Below, in pieces: positions 1 through 12,690 of a DNA stretch of 64,000 nt (position 1 is its first letter; each line of letters opens with the position of its first letter). The position numbers and the translations under genes were made by a program. Below the pieces are notes generated by a model, which was not told the origin of the DNA, ran no database searches, and saw nothing but the letters and a program-made list of their open reading frames with translations. The stretch is taken from contig NC_135901.1 in the NCBI RefSeq assembly GCF_964194155.1, positions 10,912,001 through 10,976,000 of the forward strand, given 5' to 3'. Source of the DNA: Cetorhinus maximus. Lineage: Eukaryota.

Positions 1-429
1 TTTGTACTGGCATGGACATGATGGATCGAATGGTCTCCTTCTGGATCATAAATATTTCTGTTTCATTGTTTCAATGCTTCAATTAATGATTTTCTTTCCC
101 CTGTGCCAGTTGTGTATTTGCTCAATTAAATTTTTCCATAAGTCAATGGAAGAGAAGGAATCAGTTTCCAACGTGGAGCAGAAGAGAAATGGATCAACAG
201 TGAAACAACACATTTCCAATCAGAGCGGAAATAGGTAACAGAAACAGAATGATTCTCCACACCTTTAGTTTCTTCACTCGTCCAATTACCATTCCAATCC
301 ATTCACATTGCTTTTGTCTGGCATCCTCATCCCTGGTGTTACTTATTCTCTTCTGTCTTCCACCCAATCACAAAACTTCTCTCCTGCTATTAACGTCTTT
401 AATAATAGCTTCTAATGTTTCCCTTAACG

Positions 430-1740
430 TCTGTCAAGGTCACCATGGTTTTCTGAAAGATAAATCATGTTTAACCAAATTATTGGAGTTCTTTGTAAAG
501 GTCACATGTGCTGTGGATAAAGGGGAACCGGTGGATGTACTGTACTGAGATTTCCAGAAGGCATTTGATGAGGTACCACATCAAAGGTTATTGCTGAAAA
601 TAAAAGCTCATGATGGAGGGGGATAACATATTGACATGGATAGATGGTTGGCATGAATGGGTCATTTTCCGGTTGGCAAGATGTAACGAGTGGTGTGCCT
701 CAGGATCAGAGCCCGAGCCTCAATTTTTTACAATTTATACAAATGACTTGAATGAAGGGACGAAAGGTATGGTTGTTGAATCTGCTGATGACACAAAGAA
801 AAGTAGGAAAGTGAGGTGTGAAGAGGACATAAGGAGGCTAAAAAGGGATATAGGCAGGTAACGTGAGTGAGCAAACATCTGGCAAATGGAGCATAATGTG
901 GGCAAATGTGAACTTGCCAAATGTTGGCAGGAGGAATAAAAAAGCAGCTTATTACCTAGATGGTGAGAGATTGCAGAGCACTGAGATGCAGAGGGGTCGT
1001 GGAGTCCGAATGCATGAATCACAAAAGGTATAGCAAGTAATTAGGAAAGCTAATAGAATGTTATCGTTCATTGTAAGGGGAACTGAATACAAAAGTTGGG
1101 AGGCTATGCTTCAGTTACACAGGGCAGTGGTGAGACCATTTCTAGAGTACTGTGTCCAGCGCTGTTCCCCTTGTTTAAGAAAGGATGTAAATGCGTTGGA
1201 ATCAGTTCAGAAAATGTTTACTAGACTAATACTTTGGATGGGCAGATTGTCTTCTGAGGGAAGGGTGGACAGGCTAAGCTTGTATCTGGAGTTTAGAAGA
1301 GTAAGAAGCAACTTACTTGAAACACAAAAGATCCTGAGGGGTCTTGAGAAGGTGGATGTGAAAAGGATGTTTCCTCTTGTGGAAGAATCTTGAATTAGGA
1401 CTCACTGTTTAAAAATAAGTGTCGTTCATTTAAGACAGAGACGAGAAGTCTTTTTTTTTCTCTCAGAGAGTCTTGAGTCTTTGGAACTTCTTTTCCCGAA
1501 AAAGCGATGAAAGCAGAGTCTTTGAATATGTTTTTTCCTTTGAAACGGAGGTAAATATATTCTTGATAAGCAAGGGGATGAAAAGTTATCGGGGCTAGAC
1601 AGGAATGTGGAATGTGGAGTTGTGGTTACAATCAGATTAGCCATGATCTTATTGAATGGCAGAACAGGCTTGAGGGGCCGAATAGCCTTCTCCTGCTCCT
1701 AATTTGTATGTTTCTATGTTCGTATGTTTATATGTTCGTT
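430..1740 (+). mobile_element. CR1-type LINE, decayed 3' half of ORF2 (RT) plus 3'UTR and simple-repeat tail
   Basis: Fragments QHGFLKDKSCLTKLLEFF, VDVLY.DFQKAFD, FTIYTNDL, ADDTK, VRPFLEYCVQ..SP; ends in a (TATGTTCG)-like repeat at ~1705-1740. Confidence 0.9.
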
Positions 1741-1849
1741 CCCTCTCCTCCTTTCCCTGTCTGTGTACTTTCTTGAAATTTATAATACCTTTCTTTTTCT
1801 ACTTCATTTGATAGTTCACGGACCTGCAGAGTGAATGTTTCAGCTCACT

Positions 1850-2525
1850 GGCTTTTTGTCCAAACTGGAAGAATTCAGAGATTCAATAGTTTAGCAGTAA
1901 GGACAGAGTCAGGAGAAAGAGAGAGCGAGAGGATGGAAGAACAAACGGTCTTGTGATAGGAAGGCTGGAGAAATTAAATGACAAAGGGGGTGATGATTCA
2001 ATGTAAGATTTGGTGATAATGAGACAAATAAATAAACTAATAGGACAAATGAAGAAACAGAAAACACGTCCAGAGGGGGTTCAAACGATAACAGCAGAAC
2101 CATTACCAACACCTACTGTCTGAAAAAATTGGAGTGTGGTTATGATCTGAAATTGTTGAAATGACTATAGAGTCCATAAGGTTGTAAAGTGTCTGATCAA
2201 AGATGAGCTGCTGTTCCTCGTGCTTCCATGGAGCTTCATTGGAACAGTGCAGGAGGCCAAGGACAGAGAGGCCAGAGAATGATCAAGAGCTAGGATCACG
2301 CTTGAACACTCAATGGTGACGCTCCACAAGTCGCCCAAGCCGGATTTATTATCCTCAGTGCAAAGGAGACTGCATCATGAGCAGTGAAAACATGATAATG
2401 AATAACAAAGAGTAGCAATCACTGTGTCACCAAGAAAGTGTGTTTGGGGCCCTGGAATGTGGGAAAGGAGGAGGTGAAAGGGCGGGTTCTGCATCGGCTG
2501 TGCTTGCATGGAAATGATTCACTGT
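1850..2525 (-). mobile_element. Penelope-like element fragment (degenerate GIY-YIG endonuclease region)
   Basis: Minus strand reads CFHCS*CSLLCTEDNKSGLGD, resembling the CxxCxxCGLLYIGETKRRLGD motif; similar to the clearer copy at 49145-49490. Confidence 0.55.
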
Positions 2526-3319
2526 GATGTTCATAAGAACATGAGAAATAGGAGCAGAGGGAGACCATACGACCATCTGAACCTGCTCCACCATTAAATG
2601 ATCTTGCACATCCATTGAATCATTTAGTATGCAAAAAGAAATGGATTTCTATTTGAATATACTCAGCAAGAGTGATAGATTCAATTTATTTTCATCTGGA
2701 AAACGCAAAAGTGCACATGAATTGCAAGTGCTCCCTATCACTGCTCGGCAATAAGATTAACAACTTAATCTGGCCTCGTGAAACCGCACTGAAATCGTGT
2801 CATTCTCAGACACGCTGTTCTTCATGTAATAATTGATGGATAAACAGCTCACTGTTTCACTGTAAAGCAACTTTGTAGATGCTCCGTAGTGTTACAGACT
2901 AGCTCATTGGGTCTGCTCATACCATCCCATCTTATATTCAGCTAATGGAGAAAATGAATAAAATACTGAAACATACTGCGATTTGTGGACAGTAGTGAGT
3001 TCGGTGCTCAGATTAGCTCAGGTCTCCATATTATAACATGTATTTAGAAGCAATTCAAGAAATGAGCGATGGGGGCGATGCAAGAAAGGTTTATTGGACT
3101 AATGCTACAACTGACAGGTTATACCTATCAAGAAATATTGAACAGGCTGGAGACGTTTTATGTGGAAAAGTGAGTGAGGGGTGACTTGATCGAGGAATTT
3201 AAGATCTCATAACTGTTTCTACAGGCCAGACAACTGAAAGGTGTTTCCACTTCTGCAAGGACGAAAATAAATATAACTTAGTAATGAATCTAATGTGAAG
3301 TTCAAGAGAAGCTTCCTTA

Positions 3320-3505
3320 ACCAGAGATAAAAACGGACAATGCTGGAAATACTCAGCATATCTGGCCGTATCTGGGGATTGAGAAACAGACTCAACGTCC
3401 GTCTAATGATGCAGTGCAGTTCTAATGAAAAGTCATAGACCTGAAATGTAAGTGATGTTTCCCTTTCCACAAACACAACAGATCTGCCGAGTGTTTCGAT
3501 TCAAT
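3320..3505. repeat. Inverted pair of the short hammerhead-bearing interspersed repeat (degenerate)
   Basis: 3325-3400 is the reverse complement of the GATGCTGCCAGACCTGCTGAGT-TTTCCAGCA arm; 3417-3500 is a forward copy starting CAGTTCTAATGAAAAGTCATAGACCTGAAA. Confidence 0.6.
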
Positions 3506-3529
3506 ATCGATTCTCAATGGCTGGGTGGT

Positions 3530-3960
3530 TACCCAGCATTCTCCGCGGGGAAGAATATGTCCTATCCAGACGACAGGGGGCTTGCTGCGCAGGCGTACTA
3601 CCGAGCTGGAAATTGAGCATGCGCAGTGCGTTCCCTGATTGGGGCATGCGCAGTGCTGGTTGTGCCTGGAGTGAGACGGAGAAGGGAGAAACAATCGAGT
3701 GAGGTTGAGTAATGGGGTCGCTGGGTGGGTGGAAAGGATTAGAGCCAGGGGAGTGGGCGGGGAGGCCTCATAAACACCCGGAGAATACTTCAAACCCCCA
3801 CTTCGAAGCTCCTGATCCTGCGTTTGCACGGCATGGGGCGACAGTTGTTGGCCTGCTCTGGGTCACAGGCCTAAGTTAACGGCCGCCATCTTTCCCAGGG
3901 GCGAGATGCAGCAGGGCGCATGCGCGGTCATCCCTGTCCCTGTCAGTAGGAGGAGAGGAT
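3530..3960 (+). promoter_or_regulatory. CpG-rich promoter / first exon, probably for the ZNF at 8047
   Basis: NRF1-like TGCGCAGGCGTA (3586), TGAGCATGCGCA (3614), GGGGCATGCGCA (3641), GCGCATGCGCG (~3916); ATTGG at 3638; YY1 motif GCCGCCATCTT (3882); homologous to 54720-54900. Confidence 0.7.
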
Positions 3961-3964
3961 GTTG

Positions 3965-4625
3965 TCCATTTCTATCCTGGATGGATTTTGGAAACTCCTT
4001 TAACAGGGGGTGAGAAGGGGTGAATTTCCACACAGCAAACTCAAACGAAGAGTAATGTTTGTCTCTTCTAAATTTCTATCCTGGACTGACAATAAAGGTC
4101 TTTGTAAATGTTTTTTCCAGGGTTATTAGAAGTGGAGGATTGACAGACGGGAAACTCAAACCAAAGGTCACATCCAGATCTGACAGAGTCACTCAATTCA
4201 TCAGAACCTGAATATCATCAGCATCTGAATGTGGAATGAAAAAGGTTTGTCTGTTCTGTCTGTGGAAAAGCACCAAGACGCACAAACCCTGGTTAGACCA
4301 CACCTGGATAATACGTTCAGTTTTGTGCAACAAACTAAGGAAGCATGGAATGGTCTTGGAGAGAGTGTAGCACAGATTTACCTGAGTGATACCTGAACTC
4401 CAAGGGTTTAATTACAAAATGAGATTACAGGAAATACCCATAGAGTCACTATGGCACAGAGGAGGCCATTTGTACCATTTTCTATCCTGGACTGACAGGG
4501 ATGGAATTTGGAAACTCCTTTTACAGAGGGTGAGGAGGGGAGGATTTACAGGCAGGAAAGTCAAACCAAACATCACGTTCAGAGCAGACCTGATTCATTA
4601 GGACCTGGATATTATCGGCCTTTGA
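3965..4625 (+). repeat. Three partial copies of the ZNF splice-acceptor/5'-leader module without a finger array
   Basis: TTTCTATCCTGG...AAACTCCTTT(T)ACAG-G...AAACTCAAAC at ~3969, ~4073 and ~4478; the same module precedes each ZNF exon. Confidence 0.7.
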
Positions 4626-4629
4626 GCTT

Positions 4630-4960
4630 AAGCATTGAGTTCCAGGTCATTACCACTCACTGTATAAAAAAAAGTTATTCCTCACATTCCCTCTTAATCT
4701 CTTCCCAAAATCATAAATCCGTGTCCATAATTTTTTACAATCAAATAATGGGAAAAGCTTTTCATTATCTACCTTATCTAAACCTATTATTAACTTGTAC
4801 ACCTCTATCAAATCTCCCCTCAATCTCCTTTGCTCCAAGGAGATCAAGCCCAGTTTCTCCAACCTAACATTGCAACTAAAATCCCTCATCCCTGGAACTA
4901 TTCTGATAAACCTCCTCTGCATCCTCTCAAGGACCCTCACATCCTTCATAATGTGTGGTG
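4630..4960 (-). mobile_element. CR1 LINE 3' ORF2 fragment
   Basis: ORF 4650-4949: KDVRVLERMQRRFIR...LEQRRLRGDLIEVYK. Confidence 0.85.
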
Positions 4961-5739
4961 ATCACTGGTTTGCACAGACCCAGATGTTCTGTGTTCGTGT
5001 CTGTGATGTCATCACACACTGACAGTAGCTCAGTGACATCACCCAGCTCCCCGGGTATTTCCTCAACTGAGAGATTTTTCTCTGACTCCAGTGCTTCTGA
5101 TATCTTTCCAGCTGCAGGTTCCAGCAGGAGATTTTCAAATTGAAAACTGAAATTGTTTCAGATGTGAGTATTTTTGACCATTGCTTTTCATGAGAGATTC
5201 CATGGCTCTGGGGCTGGTCTGATTCTTCTGCTGTGGATCTGAATCCATGTCCATCCATTGCTCTGTTTCAACTCTGTCTTCCCTGATCACCTCTCTGCCA
5301 TTGTCTAACTTCCTCTGTCTCTAATAATGAACGTATTTTAGTTATGTTCAGTATTTTACTGTTCCTTCTGCTGACCATGTCTAAATGAGGTTTCCACTGC
5401 TGCCCATCCCCTGAACGTGTGCTGCTGGCTTACCAGCTCTTTCACTTTTGAGCTTATATTGATCATCAAATTCTGCGCCATTTTTATTGCCTGTAATTCA
5501 TTCTACAGACCCTGAATAATTAACTCTGTTTCTCTCTCCACCAATACCAGCATATATTGCCAGTCACCAGTTGCTTGTGGAGAAGATGATGTTTGACCTT
5601 CTTGAACCGCTGCAGTCCATGTGGTGAAGGTGCTCCCACAATGCTGTTAGGTAAGGAGTTACAGGATTCTCACCCAATGATGACGTAGGAAAGGTGATGT
5701 GTGTCCAAATCAACGGAAAGAATTTGTGTTTATCTGGCA

Positions 5740-7195
5740 GCTTTAACATAAAGCATTCAAGGGCATTTCACAAAATTTTACAAAGCTACATTTAACAACG
5801 AGCCACACGATGAGATATTAGGACATAAATTTGGTGAAAAAGGTTGGTTTAAGATATGTCTTAAAAGAGGAAAGCAAGTTAGAGAGGTTTGGGAGCAATT
5901 TCCAAAGCTTGGGCCACCAATGATGGAGCAATTAAAATCGGGAATGCTTAAGAGGGTGGATAAGTGCAGATATATTGGAGGGTTGTGTGGCTGGAGGAGA
6001 TTACAGAGATAGGGATGATAGCATCCATGGAGGAAAACCAAGGATGCTGATTTTAAGTGTTGCTGCCTCTGAATTGGGAGCCTTTGCAGATCAGCGATCA
6101 CAGGGGTGATGGATGAACAAGACTTGGTCCAAGTAAGCACAAGAGCAGCAGAGTTTTGGATGGTGGAGGTTAAATCTGGAAGGATGACCAGGAGTGCGTT
6201 AGTGTTGTTAAGGCCAGAGGTGACAAAGGATTGGATGATGGTTTCAGCAGCTGATGAGCTGAGACTGGGATGCAGTCAGGCGATGTTACTGAGGTGGAAA
6301 TAGGCGGCCTTGGTGATAATGCAGATATGTAGTTAGAAACTCATCGTGGGGTGAAATATTTCACCATGGGTGTGAACAATCAGATTCAGTGTCAGGCAGT
6401 TCCCAGGGAGAGGGATGGAATCGGTGACTAGGCAGTGGAGTTTGTAGCAGGGACTGAAGACAATGTCTTTAGTCTTCCCAATATTTACTGAGGAAAGCTT
6501 ATGTATTGAGCGATGCTTATTGAGGAAAGCGGTGATGTGGCAGATTTAAAGGAGAAAGGAACAGCACCTGGAGAGAACTGTTAACAGTATTTGTTAACAT
6601 GGGGACCAAGAGATGAAGTTGAATATTTAGCAGTTCAAGTGACAAAAGTATTGAGGAAGCAAGAGGTGGGTGTCATGGACAAGTTAAGTTCGGAGAGGGT
6701 ATTTAGGAGACAGGAGAGAAACTAGAGAAAGTTGTTCAGGGCTAGGGCAGGGGACAACTTCAGAGGAACTTTGGCCAGGTGGGCGAGTGGAAGGGAAGGA
6801 AGCAGTGGAGGCAGCTGAATGGATGATCTTGGTCTTAGTGACAAAAGTCTGTGAGCTCCTCTCTCTTACTATTGGAAGTGAGGGTGGAGGAGACAGTGGA
6901 AAAAGGTTTAAGAAAGATGATTTGCATGAGAGAAAAGAAGCCTGGGGTTATATTTGCATTCGAGGATGATCCTAGAATAGTGAACAGTAATAGGTGAGAA
7001 AAGAAACCTATAGTGCGTTATGTGCTTCAGCAAGATCTGGGGGTGGATGGTTAAACCAGTTGTCCGCCGTTCAAGTCTGCATCCCTTGGAGCTAAACGAA
7101 CGGACATGAGGGTTGTACTGGGGGGAGTGTCCAGGGTGAGAGAGAGTCAAGGCTTCACTGGGAACTAGAGCATCAAAGGTGGACATGAGGGTGTG
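5740..7195 (-). mobile_element. L2-clade LINE, decayed ORF2 and 3' end
   Basis: ITPVIADLQRLPI...YLCNLLQPHNPP...IIGGPSF matches the L2 C-terminal HITPVLxxLHWLP...GGRAF pattern; upstream fragments are consistent. Confidence 0.7.
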
Positions 7196-7196
7196 G

Positions 7197-7478
7197 GTTA
7201 CTGTTTAAAAATAAGGGGCCACTCATTTAAGACAGAGAAGAGTATTTTTTTCTTTCAGAAGGTTGTGGAATTCCCTTCCTCAAAGGGCAGTGGAAGCAGA
7301 GTCTTTGAATATCTTTGAGGCAGAGTTAGATAGATTCTTGATAAACAAGGGGGTGAAAGGTTATCGGGGGTAGGCGGGAGGTTACAATCAGACCAGCCAT
7401 GATCTTATTGAATGGCGGAGGAGGCTCGGGATTCCAAGTGGCCGACTCCTGCTCCTAAATTGTATGTTTGTATGTTAA
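7197..7478 (+). mobile_element. CR1 3' end fragment (same family as 430-1740)
   Basis: Closely matches 1405-1715, including the GTATGTT tail. Confidence 0.8.
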
Positions 7479-7699
7479 ATGGAGGAAATTTCTCCTCATG
7501 CAGTGCTAGATGTCAGATGTCAGAACGGTGTGTGAGTTGGAGAGGAACTTGCAGGTGATGGCGTTTGTATCCACCTGCTAATCTGGTCCTTCTAGGTGGT
7601 GGAGGCTGAGAGTTTGGGAGATTGTGTCAAAGTTCTGGTCGAGTTGTAGATATATAAAATCTCTCTCTCTGCCCTTTGCCCCTCACCTCTCTCTCTCTC

Positions 7700-7830
7700 T
7701 CCACCCATAGAGGCCAGAGTCTTGTGCAGGCCCAGACCGGGTGACAGGTTCCCTTCTGTGAAGGACATTGGTGATCCAATTGCATTTTCACAGCAATCCA
7801 GCAGTTTTCATGGTCACTTTTTCCTGGTGT
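7700..7830 (-). mobile_element. tRNA-derived SINE fragment in the ZNF intron
   Basis: Matches the central part of the SINE at 50830-51122 and the fragment at 48600-48700. Confidence 0.55.
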
Positions 7831-8046
7831 CGGCCCCACAAATGACCAGATTCATTCAGCTCAATTTCATAACCTGTCTTTGTGTTTTTGTGGGTTCTCT
7901 CTCACTCCCTTTTTTCTGTTGTCAATCAATTTCACAGGATATTAGAAGGGGAGAATTTGCAGTCAGGAAACTGAAATCAAACATCACATCAGGATCTGGC
8001 AAAGTTGTCCAATTAATTGTAACCTGTATATTACCAGATTTTGAAC

Positions 8047-8802
8047 ATGGAAGGAAAAAGCACCGTTCACGTTGGAGAGAAACCATACACTTGTTCTGTC
8101 CTGTCGAGACACAAGCAGAGTCACACTGGGGAGAAGCTGTGGAAATGTGGTGATTGTGGGAAGGGATTCAATTATCCAGTTAGGCTGGAAATTCATCGGC
8201 GCATTCACACTGGGGAGAGGCCGTTTACCTGCCCCAAGTGTGGGAGGGGATTCACTACCTCATCCCATCTGCTGACACACCAGCGCACTCACACTGGGGA
8301 GAGACCATTCAGCTGCTCCAAGTGTGGGAAGGGATTTACTCAGTCATCCAACCTGCTGACACACCAGCGGATGCACACTGGAGAGAGGCCCTTCACCTGC
8401 TCCGAGTGTGGGAAGGGATTCACCATTTCAGCCCACCTACTGAGACACCAGCGAGTTCACTCTGATGAGAGACCTTTCAAATGCCCAGACTGTGGGAAAT
8501 GCTATAAAAGTTCTGGGGAACTGATGTCCCATCAACGTGTTCACACTGACGAGAGACCGTTCAGATGCTCTCACTGTGGGACTGGGTTCAAGCAATCATC
8601 TGACCTCACAGTACACCAGCGCACCCACACTGGGGAGAAGCCGTACTCATGCTCCGTGTGTGGGAAGAGATTCAATCAGACATGCACCCTTCTGCGACAC
8701 CAGCAAGTTCACACTGGGGAGAGACCATTCACCTGTTCCATGTGTGGGAAGAGATTTGGTCGGTCATCCACACTGCTGAGACACCAGCAAGTTCACAAGT
8801 GA
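8047..8802 (+). CDS. Tandem C2H2 zinc-finger protein, 8 intact fingers after one internally deleted finger; no effector domain seen
   Basis: ATG 8047 (MEGKSTVH); CxxC-x12-HxxxH repeats with TGERPF linkers; acceptor TTCACAG ending at 7937. Confidence 0.9.
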   Translation: MEGKSTVHVGEKPYTCSVLSRHKQSHTGEKLWKCGDCGKGFNYPVRLEIHRRIHTGERPFTCPKCGRGFTTSSHLLTHQRTHTGERPFSCSKCGKGFTQSSNLLTHQRMHTGERPFTCSECGKGFTISAHLLRHQRVHSDERPFKCPDCGKCYKSSGELMSHQRVHTDERPFRCSHCGTGFKQSSDLTVHQRTHTGEKPYSCSVCGKRFNQTCTLLRHQQVHTGERPFTCSMCGKRFGRSSTLLRHQQVHK

Positions 8803-8849
8803 CTATAGTGATTGGATTTTTCTGTTCATCACATCCAGGACTGAATAGA

Positions 8850-10120
8850 AGAACAGCAAGTTCAGGAGAGACAAAATCTGACCGGAGAAGCTGTTTCTTA
8901 CAGATTCTGTCTCTCACATTCAGAGGCAACTTTTTTCCTGGGTCACCCAAGTGACTGAACATTCATGGGGGTTTTGGGAGCTTTTGTGGGGAGAGTTTTC
9001 CTGCCGCCTCTGTGTATTTTGCAGTTCCTCTGATTAACATCGACAATTAGAAAGTGCTGATTAATCCTTGCCAACAATTCTTACTGACTTCCACATTCTT
9101 CACCGTGACACCTCCATCATGAAATTAAATTATCAAGGAAGGTTAAACAAAACAGTAAAATATTTTACCAGCACATCAATAAAAGCTTCATCAATCAACA
9201 TTGATATTGATGAAGTTTGGAAGTTGCTGATTCAATCATTTCTGATACAGCAGCAGCAACATCTGTTAAAGGTGGAACCCACAACAAAGGCTGGTTTGAG
9301 ACCCACTCTGCAGAGATGAATCTGTCATTGAAGCAAAAAGCAAAGCCAACCTGATGCACAACATAAAGCCGACAGCTAGAACACTGCACAACTTGAAAGT
9401 TCCAAGATGGTTGTGCAAAAGACAGGGAGGAGCTGTGTAAATAAACACTGGATCAGCCTGTGTCAAGAAATCCAAACTGCCTGTCACAACGGGAACTATG
9501 TGCCATGTATGATGGGATCAAGAGGGCGCTTGGTCCGACCATCATCAAAGTTGCCCCTCCCATGAAATGGGCAGATGGTGAAGTGCTGACTGACAGAAGT
9601 GAACAGGTTGTCACTGGGTTTAACACTGGGAGCTGTACTCCCTGTGAGACAGACATCTCCCAGTCTCTGTTTGATTCTCCCCAGCAGCTTCCTGTCAGGG
9701 CTGAGTTGGACAAGGAAACCTCATCACTTGAGCTGGAAAAGGCCATTGATTGTTCAGCAAGCAGAAAGGCACCCGGCAAGGATGGGATTCCAGCTGAACT
9801 GCTCAAGCACGGAAAGTCCCATCTGCTGCCACACCTTCATCATCTCCTCCTGTGTTGGAAGGTAGGATCCATTCCACAAGATATGTGTGAAGCAAAAATC
9901 ATCACAATAAACAAAAACAAAGGTGACAGAGGAGATTGCAACAACTACAGGGGCATCTCACTCCCTAACGTCACTGGGAAGACCTTCACTAGGGTCATGC
10001 TTAAAGACTTCATCTATTTGCAGACTGTGTGTATCCAGAAGCAGAGTGCAGTTTCTGTGCTGGCAGATCTACAGAGGACATGATCTTCTCCGTACACCAG
10101 CTCCAAGAGAAGTGCACGAT
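8850..10120 (+). mobile_element. RTE-clade non-LTR retrotransposon fragment (N-terminal RT region)
   Basis: ORF 9460-10083: KAPGKDGIPAELLK, PQDMCEAKIITINKNKGDRGDCNNYRGISL, followed by a degenerate GRST.DMIFS. Confidence 0.8.
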
Positions 10121-10459
10121 TGGTATTTAATCTAAAATGCTGCCAGTTCCTGTGCTGAGAAATGTGAAAAGTTATAATTACTGCGTGAAAGTAAACCTTT
10201 AAGTATGAATCACAATTGACTTGTACAATTGGAAAAGGCACAAAAAATGTGATTCCCTGAAGATAAGCTTCACCCTTGAGGTTATGCTTCAGAGCTCACA
10301 AGTTGTGGGAAGCCCCATCCTCTTTAACACTTTTTGGTCTAAGATGGTTGAAGCTCTGTTTACCTGTGAAAGCTCACTTCTTTAGTTTTATTTTTCTTCA
10401 GCTTTATTATAGTCATTTGGAAAGACACCTGAAGAAACACCAAAAAAAACACTAACAGA

Positions 10460-11480
10460 GAGTCATAGAGTTATACAGCACAGAAATAGGCCCTTCAGCC
10501 CATCATGTCCATGCTGGCCTCACCTATCTATTCCAGTCCCATTTTCCAGCACTTGGCCTGTGTGGGGCCACTGTATGCTCTGGCATTTCAAGTGCTCATC
10601 TAAATACTTCTTAAATGTTGTCCGGGCTCCTGCCTCTACCACCCCCTCAGGCAGCGTGTTCCAGATTCCAACCACTCTCTGGGTGAAATTTTTTTTTCCT
10701 CAAATCCTCTCTAAACCTCTTGCCCCTTACCTTAAATCTATGCCCCCTGGTTATTGACACCTCCACTAAGGGGGAAAGTTTCTTCCTTTCTACCCTATCT
10801 CTGCCCCTCATAATTTTGTACACCTCTGTCAGGTCCCCCCTCAGCCTTCTCTGCTATAAGGAAAACAACCCTAGCCTATCCAGTCTCTCTTCATAGCTGA
10901 AATCCTCCAGCCCAGGCAACATCCTGGTGAATCTCCTCTGCACCCTCTCCAGTGCAATCACATCTTTCCTCTAGTGTGGCAACCAGAACTGCACACAGTA
11001 CTCCAGCTGTGGGACCCTTGCTGTTTGTAGTGTACATTAATGATTTAGACGTGAATATAGGAGGTATGATCAGTACGTTCACAGGTGAAACGAAAAATTG
11101 GTGGTGTCATAAATAGTGAGGAGGAAAGCCTTAGATTACAGGACGATATAGATGGGCTGGTAAGATGGGCAGAGCAGTGGCAAATGGAATTTAATCCTGA
11201 GAAGTCCACTTGCATTTTATACAGCTCTAACATAACCTCCCTGCTCTTATATTCCATGCCTCAGCTAATAAAGGCAAGTATCCCATATGCCGTCTTCACC
11301 TTATCTACCTGTGCTGCTGCCTTCAGGGATCTATGGACATGTACACCAATGTCCCTCTGATCCTCTATACTTCCTAGGGTCCTACCATTTATTGTGTATT
11401 CCCTTGCCATGTTAGTCCTCCCAAAATGCAAGATTCTCAGGATTAAATTCCATTTGCCACTGCTCTGCCCATCTTACCAG
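10460..11480 (-). mobile_element. CR1 3' portion with an internal plus-strand CR1 segment (11012-11205)
   Basis: Minus-strand EYKSREVMLELYK and reversed tail AGAGTCATAGAG at ~10460; plus-strand LRLQDDIDGLVRWAEQWQMEFNPEK. Confidence 0.85.
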
Positions 11481-11679
11481 CCCAGCTGGTGGTGGTGGGT
11501 GTGGGATAATTCAGGAAAGAGTAAATTCAAAAGCAGCAAGGGAAATGTCAAGCTCCAGAGCAATGTTTTGGTAAAAGTAAGCAGAGTGGGTCGGGAAAAG
11601 ATAATGAGAATAACACAGGGAACAGGGCATAACAGGTGGATAAGGGGAAAGCAGTTTACATTTTCAAAAAGCTTTTGAT

Positions 11680-12263
11680 AAGGTGTCACAGAAGAGGTCA
11701 TTACACAAAATTAGGTCTCATGTGATGGAGACAATATCTTAGCATGTATTGAGGGTCAGTTAACAGACATAAAACAGAGGTTCGGAATAAATGGGACATT
11801 TTCAGGTTGGCAGATTATAACTGGCAGGCGCCACGAGGATCAGTAATTGGGAATCAGCTATTTGCAATCTATATTATTTACCTTGACGGTGGGACTGAGT
11901 GTAACGTATCCAGATTTGCTGACAATGCAAAGTTAGGTGGGAAAGTAAACAGTGTGGAGGACAGAGTCCGCAGAGGGATATAGACAGGTTGGGTGAGTGG
12001 GTAACAACATGGCAGATGGAATACAAGGTGGTGAAATGTGAAATTATCCACTTGGGGAGAAAAAAATAAAACAAAAGCAAAATAATTTTCAAATAGTGAA
12101 AGACTGGGAAATGGTTGTATTCAGAGGGACCTGGCTGCCCTTGTACATGAATTACGGAAGCTTAACATTCAGGTAGAGCAAGTAATTAGGAAGGCATACG
12201 GTATGTTAGCCTATATTACAAAGGGATTGGAATACAAGTGTAAATAAGTCTTATACAATTATA
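11680..12263 (+). mobile_element. CR1 ORF2 fragment cut by the Copia LTR
   Basis: KAFDKV, FADNAKLGG, WQMEYKVVKCEIIHLG motifs; stops at GGAATACAAG...CAATTATA next to the LTR. Confidence 0.8.
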
Positions 12264-12464
12264 TGTTAAGTTCCAATAGTTGTTTAGAAATGAAGACCAA
12301 AGCCAAGACTGACTCCTTCAGACAGAGTTTTATTGCTTGTCATAAAACTCTCCACAGAGCCAACTTGTCTCAACTGTTATCCCTTTTATACAACCGAATG
12401 GGTACTTAGTTAAACAACCTAATAATTAGCAATTGAACTTCTTTAACTGTTTCCTTCCCTAACA
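12264..12464 (-). repeat. 3' LTR (201 bp) of the Copia element
   Basis: TGTTA...TAACA termini; minus-strand TATAAAA and AATAAA; preceded on the minus strand by polypurine tract AAGAAGAGGGGAA (~12467-12479). Confidence 0.8.
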
Positions 12465-12545
12465 GATTCCCCTCTTCTTAAAAATAAAATAACTTTTAAG
12501 TTTATATAATCACACAAAAAAAAATAGTAATAACAAACATCAGTA

Positions 12546-12690
12546 TATAGTTCTGATGAAGAGTCATACGGACTCAAAATGTTAACTGTATTCCTCCCGC
12601 GGATGCTGTCAGACTGCTGAGTTTTACTAGCTATTTTTGTTTTTGTTTCAGATTTCCAGTATCCGCAGTAGTTTGCTTTTATTTTTGCTT
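12546..12690 (+). mobile_element. Short hammerhead-bearing interspersed repeat (Penelope-terminal-repeat-like) nested in the Copia 3' region
   Basis: TATAGTT CTGATGA A GAGTC-ATACG-GACTC AAAATGTT AACTGTA then GATGCTG...CTGCTGAGT...TTTCCAG; other copies at 22598, 58548, 62421. Confidence 0.7.
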
